Of a stretch of 64,000 nt of DNA, positions 20,403 to 27,826 are shown one piece after another. The translations under genes were made by a program, and so were the position numbers. How positions within the stretch are numbered: the stretch's first letter is position 1; each line of letters starts with the position of its first letter. The stretch is taken from sequence record LC819007.1, one strand, 5' to 3'. Below the pieces are notes generated by a model, which saw only the letters and a list, made by a program, of their open reading frames with translations, searched no databases and had not been told where the DNA came from.

Positions 20403-21674
20403 TTAACTTGCGCCGAGTTGTGCTGCACGCACGAAGAGATCGTTGGCAGCCAGGCTTTCGAGACGGTCCGTGTACTCACGCGAGGCACGGGCATCCATCT
20501 TGCCGCGACGGAGCATGTCCATGAATTTGACGATCAGCGCCGGGTCCGTATCACCCCGGTAACCCTGGATGATCTTGTCGGTAAGCTCGATGCTGGCGAT
20601 TTCTTCCAGCAGCTCTTCCTTGGGCAGATCCATCGTCTTGATCTTCTCGACGAACTGGTTGCGCATCTTCGTTGCGTTCTGCTTGAAGGTCGTGATATCC
20701 GGCGCGTTACCGGCGTCCTTGAAACCGCTGAAGACTTCGTAGCCACCGAAGAGCAGGATACCCAGACCGACGGGTCCCAGGATCGGCGTCGTGATAATAC
20801 CGAAGAGGGCCCAACCGAGACCCTGCAGGATGCCATAGCTGCGCGGCTCGCCGCCCATGAACTTCGCACGCATCGTGACGATCGCGCGGCCTGCGCCGTG
20901 ACGGGCTGCGAAGATGTCGGCGAGTTCTTCTGCGGTGTCCATCGAGAAGTAACGCTTGTTGTCGAGCTTGCGCGGCTCGATTGCCACAGCGGTCGCCAGC
21001 ACACGGAAGGCCACTTCGGCCGACGCGTTCTCGTCGATGCTTTCCAGCCAGTCCTTGTTGTCGATGGCCATGTTGTCCGCGGCCTTCGTCAAGATCAGCT
21101 TGACCTTCTTGTCGGCTTGACCGTTGGTCAGTTCCGCCCAGGTACGCTGAAGCACGATGCTGGTGACGACCGTGTCGGTGAGGAACTGCAGGAACGTGTA
21201 GGCGTGACCCACTTCGTGCAGAATCACCCCTGCCGTTTCTTCCGGCGTGAACGTCGTGCCAAACAGGAACAGCTGGCCGATAAACATGCGGTGCATGATC
21301 TCGGAGAGCGCACCGCCGACGCGGGCGTTCGCCGGGTCGATCCAGCCCTTCTTCTCCAGATTGTAGAAGGAGAGCTTGTCGGCGTTGAAGTTCTTTTCGA
21401 GGAACTTGTTGAGTTCCGCACGGTTCAGCGCATTGCCACGCGTGAGCGACGGAATCATCACACAGGCGTTGTCGTAGTTGGGGATCACGCGGGCATTGGT
21501 GAGAATGCCGGTGTGCTCGTACACACACTTGTCGATGCGGACGCTGAACTTGTTGACGGCGTCTTGTGACTTATCGCCAGCCGCACGCACATCCTGGACG
21601 ATCAGTGTAAGGGCCTTGAAAAAGGCGTCGGACTGGAAAGCAATGCTTTCGTTCCCGATGAAGAGGAGGTTCAT
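20403..21674 (-). CDS. Virion protein with HExxH zinc-metallopeptidase-like motif and hydrophobic hairpin (phiKZ gp84-like)
   Basis: ILHEVGH plus downstream EELADIFAARHG (M48-like third ligand); hydrophobic GILQGLGWALFGIITTPILGPVGLGILLFGG; N-terminal IGNESI site. Confidence 0.65.
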   Translation of the reverse strand: MNLLFIGNESIAFQSDAFFKALTLIVQDVRAAGDKSQDAVNKFSVRIDKCVYEHTGILTNARVIPNYDNACVMIPSLTRGNALNRAELNKFLEKNFNADKLSFYNLEKKGWIDPANARVGGALSEIMHRMFIGQLFLFGTTFTPEETAGVILHEVGHAYTFLQFLTDTVVTSIVLQRTWAELTNGQADKKVKLILTKAADNMAIDNKDWLESIDENASAEVAFRVLATAVAIEPRKLDNKRYFSMDTAEELADIFAARHGAGRAIVTMRAKFMGGEPRSYGILQGLGWALFGIITTPILGPVGLGILLFGGYEVFSGFKDAGNAPDITTFKQNATKMRNQFVEKIKTMDLPKEELLEEIASIELTDKIIQGYRGDTDPALIVKFMDMLRRGKMDARASREYTDRLESLAANDLFVRAAQLGAS

Positions 21675-21856
21675 AAACTCTCAGCCATGAATTGTTGAAA
21701 TTGACGCCTGCTCGGAGCTTTCCGTTAAAGAAAAACCCCTTGGTCTATTGTTTGATCAGCGGGCATATGGCTCGCGCTAACCATCACAAGAATACCCTTA
21801 CAAACGCAGCGATAGTGTCATACTAAAAGGCACGGTCCGCGGTTCGAGCACAAGTT

Positions 21857-23740
21857 ATGTCATCGAAAAAAGTAGAGATTGCCAAGGAAGACATCGCCGG
21901 CATTGAATGCCGTCACGTCGTGTTTATTCCTCCTTCCAACGACTCACCGGACGACTATCACTTAATCAAAGAAGTAATCCACACCAAAGACGGCAAGCGG
22001 GTGCCGAATGTGCGGATCGTGAAGAACTACCAGCGCCCCTTCTGGATTGCTAAGGAAGGGTTCCGTCGCTACAAGCAGAAGAAGGAATGGGAGGATATCT
22101 CCAAGCTGAAGGAATTCCGTTGCCCCCAGTCTCAACTGGTCGAGCGCGCCTCCAAAGCGTTGGGGATCTTCAAGCCTCCCCGGAGTCTGAAACAACTGTC
22201 CCGCAGTCCTTACCTGTATGGTTCGGACATTCTGTCGACTTCGGTCATCAAGCAGGAAGTCTACCGGGATCGCTGGCCTGAACTGAATACACCGTCCAGT
22301 ATCGCTGCCTCGGATACGGAAACGGACATGATCAAGGGTCATGGTCGCGTGATCATGCAGACCGTGTCGTACAAAAACAAGGTCTACACGGCGGTGGTGC
22401 GGGAGTTCCTGGAACAAGTCGGTGGGGATGACAAGTTTAAGATCGAGAAGTGCAAGGAAGCGCTGATCAAGTATCTGGACGTGGACGAGCCGGTCTTCGA
22501 GAAGGACGGTAAGACTCCGGTGCTCAATAAGGACGGCACGCCGAAGGTCACTAACGTCTTCCGGGATCGCAAGCTGGAATGGGAACTGGAGTTGGTCGAG
22601 AACGACGGCGTAGCGGTCTACCGGGCGTTGCAGAAGACGCACGAGTGGCAGCCTGACTTCCTGACCTTCTGGAACATGGACTTCGACATCGGTAAGATGA
22701 AGGAGTCGCTCGATTTCCACAAGATCCCGTTGGCTGATGCGTGGTCTGATCCGGCTGTAGCACCTCAGTACCGTTTCTACGAGTACAAGCAGGGTTCGAG
22801 TCAGAAGGTCACGGCTTCGGGTAAGGTGACACCGATTGCACCGCACGCTCGCTGGCATACGCTGTACGTGCCGGCTTCGTTCTACGTGATGGATGCGATG
22901 TGTGCGTACAAGCAGGTGCGTACCGGTAAGCAGGAAGAGCGGTCGTATTCGCTTGACTTCATCCTGAACAAGCACCTGAAGCGCGGCAAGCTCAAGTTTG
23001 ATGCAGCAGACGGATTGGCCAAGTCGGACTGGCACGTCTTCATGCAGCGTCACCATCCGATCGAATACATCATCTACAACGTGTTCGATTGTATCGGTAT
23101 TGAACTGCTGGACGAGAAGACCAAGGACTTGTGCGTGTCGGTGCCCTCGGGTGCGGCGATGTCGGATTACTCGAAGTTCAACTCGCAGCCGCGTCGTGTG
23201 GTGGATAAGCTTCACTACTTTGTGCAGGCACGCGGGAAGGTGATCGGGACGACCTCGGACGAGATGGCGGTGGAGTTTGACTCCAGGACGATTAACCTGA
23301 AGAACTGGATCGTGATGCTACCAGCACACTTGGTAGCGGATAACGGTCTACGGATCATCAAGGAGTATCCAGAGATCGCCAGTAACTTGCGACTCCACAT
23401 CGGTGACTTGGACGTCTCGGCGTCTTATCCGAATGGTGAGTCGGTCTTCAACATCTCTCGTGAGACGACGAAGAAAGAGTTGCTTACGATTGAAGGGGTC
23501 TCTGAGTCGGTCCGTCGCATGCAGGGCATCAATCTGTCTGGTGGTGCTACCAACGCGGTCGAGTTCTGTACAGGTATGTTCCACATGCCGCAGATGACAC
23601 AGTGGCTGGAAGCTTACAAGCGTCAGGACGATCTCGTGGCAGTCGCACGGGATATGGCTGAGTGGGTCGACGACAGTGCAGCAGCTGCCGATGCAGTGAT
23701 GGTAGTGGCTGATCTGGAATACGAAGACGAAAACACCTAA
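21857..23740 (+). CDS. Split family-B DNA polymerase, N-terminal subunit (3'-5' exonuclease + palm motif A; phiKZ gp82-like)
   Basis: ExoI ASDTETD, ExoII FWNMDFD, ExoIII YNVFDC and motif A DLDVSASYP; no motifs B/C, consistent with the split polymerase of phiKZ-like phages. Confidence 0.85.
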   Translation: MSSKKVEIAKEDIAGIECRHVVFIPPSNDSPDDYHLIKEVIHTKDGKRVPNVRIVKNYQRPFWIAKEGFRRYKQKKEWEDISKLKEFRCPQSQLVERASKALGIFKPPRSLKQLSRSPYLYGSDILSTSVIKQEVYRDRWPELNTPSSIAASDTETDMIKGHGRVIMQTVSYKNKVYTAVVREFLEQVGGDDKFKIEKCKEALIKYLDVDEPVFEKDGKTPVLNKDGTPKVTNVFRDRKLEWELELVENDGVAVYRALQKTHEWQPDFLTFWNMDFDIGKMKESLDFHKIPLADAWSDPAVAPQYRFYEYKQGSSQKVTASGKVTPIAPHARWHTLYVPASFYVMDAMCAYKQVRTGKQEERSYSLDFILNKHLKRGKLKFDAADGLAKSDWHVFMQRHHPIEYIIYNVFDCIGIELLDEKTKDLCVSVPSGAAMSDYSKFNSQPRRVVDKLHYFVQARGKVIGTTSDEMAVEFDSRTINLKNWIVMLPAHLVADNGLRIIKEYPEIASNLRLHIGDLDVSASYPNGESVFNISRETTKKELLTIEGVSESVRRMQGINLSGGATNAVEFCTGMFHMPQMTQWLEAYKRQDDLVAVARDMAEWVDDSAAAADAVMVVADLEYEDENT

Positions 23741-23744
23741 GCGT

Positions 23745-23782
23745 CATAACGGAGAGAGGGGAAACCCTCTCTCCTATTATGC
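23745..23782. terminator. Bidirectional terminator flanked by CATAA/TTATGC
   Basis: GGAGAGAGGG/CCCTCTCTCC stem between convergent genes. Confidence 0.85.
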
Positions 23783-23784
23783 CG

Positions 23785-24612
23785 TCAATTGACAAACGCG
23801 GTTGTGGGTGGAATAAAATAACTCCCACCTGCGACGCGCGCCAAACCGTTGGTGTACCGGACTTCATCAAAGATCAGGTCCGCGGCCTGACTGGTCAGTG
23901 TCCAGTTGTTACCAAAGTCCAGCTGGGTGTTGTATCCCGGTCCTGCCCATGCCGGATTGGCTACTGAGTAGATCAGCTTGCCATCCACATAAACCTGGAA
24001 CTGTTTGTTCTTCATCTGGATCAGGAAGAGTCTTGACTGAGTCGTGCTCAGCAGATTCCAGAGATTCGCGCCAGTATCCAAAGTCGTGTTATACCAGGTC
24101 GAGCCTGAGCCCGTCAGTCCCTTGAGCGAGAGACCGAGGTTACCGTTGGCTGCGACAAAGACATAGCACGACATCAGGACAGAGGACGTATAGGTGCCTG
24201 AGGGCGGATAGCCGTAGCTCGGAAAACTCGTCGTGAGATCAGGCGAGTACCGGTCACAGAAAATCGGATTGAGCTTGGAGAGCGTTGCGTTCTTCTTGCT
24301 CAAATAGACTTCGACTGTAAAGTCATTCGCGTGGACAAAATCGCCCACTTTATTGGCGTTGACAAAGATTACCGATGTTGATGCAGGCGAGCAATCCACA
24401 CCGGTGGTGCCATACGCTCTGCCTGCCGCAACATACTTGGCCGACGAATAGAGCCCTGCCGAAGGGTGGCCATGCACGTCAGGAGTAACGATCGAGGCAG
24501 AGCCACTACCGGCTGCCTGTCCATCCGTACCATCCAAGTGCAAGAGCACACCACTGGCAGAATTGAAGTCGTAACTCGCAATCTGATTGCCGCCAAGGAG
24601 TGCTTCTAACAT
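23785..24612 (-). CDS. Putative fibre/receptor-binding protein with LamG/ConA-like lectin domain
   Basis: Starts MLEALL; DFTVEVY, QFQVYVDG and LIFDEVRYTNGLAR match the phage LamG-like pattern. Confidence 0.65.
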   Translation of the reverse strand: MLEALLGGNQIASYDFNSASGVLLHLDGTDGQAAGSGSASIVTPDVHGHPSAGLYSSAKYVAAGRAYGTTGVDCSPASTSVIFVNANKVGDFVHANDFTVEVYLSKKNATLSKLNPIFCDRYSPDLTTSFPSYGYPPSGTYTSSVLMSCYVFVAANGNLGLSLKGLTGSGSTWYNTTLDTGANLWNLLSTTQSRLFLIQMKNKQFQVYVDGKLIYSVANPAWAGPGYNTQLDFGNNWTLTSQAADLIFDEVRYTNGLARVAGGSYFIPPTTAFVN

Positions 24613-24622
24613 GTTCTTTCCT

Positions 24623-25462
24623 TTAAACGTCCAGGACGTTCTGGGAGGGGTAACTGCGGTTATTGCCCCAGATCAGACGCAGACCGCCGTCTAAGCCTGG
24701 TGAGTTCGGGTTGACTGCACGAGAAGAGGAAGAGCCACCGCCAAACTCTCCTGAGCCGGTGAGCTTCGAGCCGGGGTTACCGTTGGTGTTGCGTGTTGAG
24801 ACAGCTGCACCACTCGCTCCTAAACCTAGCAGTCCAGTGCCGCCGCCTCGACCACCAATACCGTTGTCGGTGTATGAAGAGCCACCTGTACCGCCCGAAG
24901 CACCGCCGCCACTACCGGCAACGCTGGCAGAAATATCCGATCCATTCCCGCCCGGGCCGTTGTATCCACCTGCACCGCCACCACCCGCAACCGCGTAGTC
25001 ATAGGCCACGCCATTGCCGCCGTTACCGCCCCCGTCGCCCAGATAGCTACCACCCTTGCCTCGGGACGAGTCAGAGCTCGTAGCGCCACCAGCATCCCCA
25101 CCATAGCCCGCAAAGAGCTTAGTGGATGCACGAGCCAAATAAGTGTCACCGCCTCGTGTACCGATCGCTGCACCCACACCAGTAATACCGAGCGCGCCAA
25201 CCACCACAATCAAGTGTTCACCAGGTGTGACAGGAATCGCATTCTTCCAACCCAGTCCACCGCCGCCACCTGACGAACCCCAGTGGCCAGTGTCGGCATA
25301 CGTGTTGACCCAACCGCCGCCACCTGCGCCGATACCTACACCGCAAAGGAAGTAGATGCCGTCGGGTACGACAAAGTCATACGTGCCCGGCGTTGTGAAC
25401 GCCATTTGTCCCGGGACGCCTACCGTGGCTTTCTTCGGGACAGACATTAACATTTCAAACAT
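24623..25462 (-). CDS. Glycine-rich putative tail-fibre-like protein
   Basis: Starts MFEMLM; FTTPGTYDFVVPDG...GIGAGGGGW, GGG-rich body, ends GGLRLIWG; AAAGGAAAG is the RBS of the next gene. Confidence 0.65.
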   Translation of the reverse strand: MFEMLMSVPKKATVGVPGQMAFTTPGTYDFVVPDGIYFLCGVGIGAGGGGWVNTYADTGHWGSSGGGGGLGWKNAIPVTPGEHLIVVVGALGITGVGAAIGTRGGDTYLARASTKLFAGYGGDAGGATSSDSSRGKGGSYLGDGGGNGGNGVAYDYAVAGGGGAGGYNGPGGNGSDISASVAGSGGGASGGTGGSSYTDNGIGGRGGGTGLLGLGASGAAVSTRNTNGNPGSKLTGSGEFGGGSSSSRAVNPNSPGLDGGLRLIWGNNRSYPSQNVLDV

Positions 25463-25479
25463 CAGACCTTCCCATGAAA

Positions 25480-26328
25480 TTAAACGTCAGGTACGTAGTT
25501 CGGATATTGACGACCATCGCCCCAGACAATCCGACAAGCACCGGACAAAGCCGGTATGTTGGCAAAGCCACTACCACCTGCTTCAGAGGCACCACCACCG
25601 AACTCTCCTGAACCTGGATACTGCGAACCCGCTCCGCCGTTCGTGTGGGCTGATGAACCTGCGCCAGCACCATTAGCGCCCTGACCCAAAATACCTACAC
25701 CGCCGCCGCGGCCACCAGAGCCAGCCGTACCGCCGCGCACTACACCGAAACCACCGCCACCGCCACCGCCAACACCATTACCGCCCGCCTGAGTGGCACC
25801 GCCGCCTGCGCCGCCGCTACCTGAGTAACCACCGGCTCCAGAACCACCGCCTGCCTGTTCCCAGAAATAGATGTTCGCACCACCATCCCCACCACCATCA
25901 CCGACACCGCCAGCATTAGTGTTGGTAATGGTGGTGCTTTCTGTTTGTCCGCCGCCCGTGCCGCCATTGGCCTGGAGAAGTACTGTGCTACCACGCAGAA
26001 TCTGAGTGTTACCACCGTTGGCAGCGCGACCAGTCTTAACACTTGCCCCACGAAGGCCCACGACAACTGTCAGGATTTCACCAGGGGTAACCGGAATACT
26101 CGCTTTCCAGCGTAAAGAACCGCCGAAACCCGTCGAACCCCATGTACCGCTAAAGCCAGAGGTATGATCCCAACCACCGCCGCCTGCGCCGACTCCTACT
26201 GCTGAAATAGAGAACACTCCGGCCGGAACCTGGAACTGATAAGTCCCGGGGGTCGTAAAGGCAGCTTGTCCAGCGCCGCTTGTGCTGCCTCCCGATACTT
26301 TGGATGTTACTAATAAAGCTTCTAACAT
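25480..26328 (-). CDS. Glycine-rich putative tail-fibre-like protein (tandem paralog)
   Basis: Starts MLEALL; FTTPGTYQFQVPAG...GVGAGGGGW, ends GACRIVWG; clear paralog of 24623..25462; GAGGA RBS. Confidence 0.65.
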   Translation of the reverse strand: MLEALLVTSKVSGGSTSGAGQAAFTTPGTYQFQVPAGVFSISAVGVGAGGGGWDHTSGFSGTWGSTGFGGSLRWKASIPVTPGEILTVVVGLRGASVKTGRAANGGNTQILRGSTVLLQANGGTGGGQTESTTITNTNAGGVGDGGGDGGANIYFWEQAGGGSGAGGYSGSGGAGGGATQAGGNGVGGGGGGGFGVVRGGTAGSGGRGGGVGILGQGANGAGAGSSAHTNGGAGSQYPGSGEFGGGASEAGGSGFANIPALSGACRIVWGDGRQYPNYVPDV

Positions 26329-26349
26329 AACCCTATCCTCGGCTGGGTC

Positions 26350-26360
26350 TATTTAACATA
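26350..26360 (-). promoter_or_regulatory. Putative late promoter TATGTTAAATA
   Basis: Identical 11-mer also at 34865-34875; both lie 14-22 nt upstream of MLE-type fibre genes; contains the phiKZ late TATG consensus. Confidence 0.5.
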
Positions 26361-26408
26361 GTATTTTGACAGCATAAATGGGAAGAGGGGGCTACCCTCT
26401 TCCCGTGA

Positions 26409-26909
26409 TCACCATGCGTACCTGCGACGACGCTTCGTTTCGACGTATTCTTCCATGGCGACTTCCTGTTTAGGCAGGATGTACCAATGGCCTTTTACGC
26501 CTTCGTAGCTCAAAGGCTTACCTTTCTCGAAACCGAGTTTGGTAAAGAGCTTGATCGATTTCTCGTTGCTCTCTTCAATCCAGACAATGCCAGGACTGTG
26601 CGTTGTGAAGAAGTCTCTTAACGCCCACTGCATAATACCCATGCCACGATACGCTGGGTCCAGATACAGTGCGCCTGAACGCCAGTGCCGCACATCCCTC
26701 ACCATCGTAGTGTACGGCATAAAGAAGCCGGCTATGCGCCCGCTAGCCATATCTACGATGACTTGTTTGATACCTGGTCGACGCAGTTCTTCAGAGTCAA
26801 GAAACGGATCTTCTTCCGCATCGGCGATCGTCTGCATCAACTTCTTCTGCATGGACAGAGGGAGTCTTACATTCTTGATCACTTGATACTGCTTAAACTC
26901 GTTACTCAT
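26409..26909 (-). CDS. GNAT-family N-acetyltransferase
   Basis: Motif A LYLDPAYRGMGIM, and NEKSIKLFTKLGF (N...Y/F..LGF); GGAGG RBS. Confidence 0.85.
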   Translation of the reverse strand: MSNEFKQYQVIKNVRLPLSMQKKLMQTIADAEEDPFLDSEELRRPGIKQVIVDMASGRIAGFFMPYTTMVRDVRHWRSGALYLDPAYRGMGIMQWALRDFFTTHSPGIVWIEESNEKSIKLFTKLGFEKGKPLSYEGVKGHWYILPKQEVAMEEYVETKRRRRYAW

Positions 26910-26930
26910 CCCTCCTCTCCCAAATTGGCG

Positions 26931-26965
26931 GCATAAAAGAAAATCGGATGGTTTCCCACCCGATT
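26931..26965 (-). terminator. Terminator hairpin followed by TTTTATGC
   Basis: AATCGG..TGG/CCA..CCGATT stem; about 420 nt downstream of the nearest minus-strand stop. Confidence 0.65.
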
Positions 26966-27378
26966 CCCTGTATTGCTAATGGACAGCCCGCGCCCTACAA
27001 ACCTCCCAATATAAGGCGACCCTACGAATGTAAAACCAGGTGGAGGACATCTTAACGTAGTTGGTCGATTACGCTGCTGCTACTACCCAAGGGGCAGGTT
27101 CCTGCAAGTGGATTGAATGCCTTCGTCCTTTTGCGGGATACTGGCATTCGAACCGTTCAAATTGTCAAAGAATGCAACGCGTCATCCCGACGTGGCTGCT
27201 TCCTAAGTGGATTCTACGGAACGTGATTGGACTTCCTGGAGTGATATTGCTCAGTGGCATGCCCTGTCCGCGTCTCGGTCTCTGTGTCTTTGCCTTTGCT
27301 GTATTCCCGCAGTGGGATTTAGTCAGCCATTACGGAACGTTTGAGACCTTACTTCGTTTCCACATAACATACGTTAAG
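26966..27378 (-). ncRNA. Candidate structured non-coding RNA (~410 nt)
   Basis: No minus-strand ORF of 60 aa or more. Nested inverted repeats 27051-27059/27370-27378 and 27131-27141/27301-27311; TATGTTA near the 5' end; terminator at 26931-26965. Confidence 0.4.
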
Positions 27379-27383
27379 CACTG

Positions 27384-27731
27384 TTAATTTTTACCCTGCC
27401 CTTTCTTCATCTCCGCTAAGAGATCGTTGAGCTCCTGGGTTTCTTGAGGTGCGTGCTTTTCCATCACCTCCAGCATCAAGTCGCACATGTAGGGCGGCTG
27501 ATTCAGGAACTCCGTAAAGGACATGTGAAACGCTGTCCCAACCCGAAGGTCACGAAACGCTTCCATGCGCTCGCGCAAGCGAGAGGCGACGATCGTATCC
27601 TCGCACCAGTGATGTCTCACCAAAGCGAAGTGATCGTCGGGTTGTCCACGATGGTCGTAGATACCATGCGCCTGCTCGTACCGCTCCCGCATCAAGATCT
27701 GTACGTCGGTGCTCACGAACCTTTTGGGCAC
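27384..27731 (-). CDS. C-terminal extension (GT-like) reached by -1 frameshift from 27827..29560, or a small standalone protein
   Basis: Frame is open without stops from the slippery site (27869) through GTG 27731. C-terminal FHMSFTEFLNQPPYMCDLMLEVM resembles tail-chaperone GT / T4 gp51-type tails. Confidence 0.65.
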   Translation of the reverse strand: MPKRFVSTDVQILMRERYEQAHGIYDHRGQPDDHFALVRHHWCEDTIVASRLRERMEAFRDLRVGTAFHMSFTEFLNQPPYMCDLMLEVMEKHAPQETQELNDLLAEMKKGQGKN

Positions 27732-27826
27732 GCGAGCAATGTCTCCGGTGTACTCCTCGATCAGGACGCCGTCGCCGAACTTCCAATCCCCAACATGCTT
27801 GGAATGGGCAATTTCGGCTTCGGTGG

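Noticed and set aside
21857-23740. DNA polymerase lacking motifs B/C as a pseudogene
   Set aside because: A split family-B polymerase is the established state in phiKZ-like phages, and the ORF is intact.
26966-27378. Partial resemblance to RNase P (AGGAAGTCC) and group I intron P/Q/R words (TGCGGGA, TCCCGCAG, GTTTGAGAC)
   Set aside because: The RNase P P4 partner and the intron P7 (GACUA/UAGUC) pairing could not be found in the right order, and the region does not interrupt a gene.
27061-27387. 108-aa plus-strand ORF across the candidate ncRNA
   Set aside because: TTG start, no RBS, atypical codon usage and composition, and antisense to the local transcription direction.
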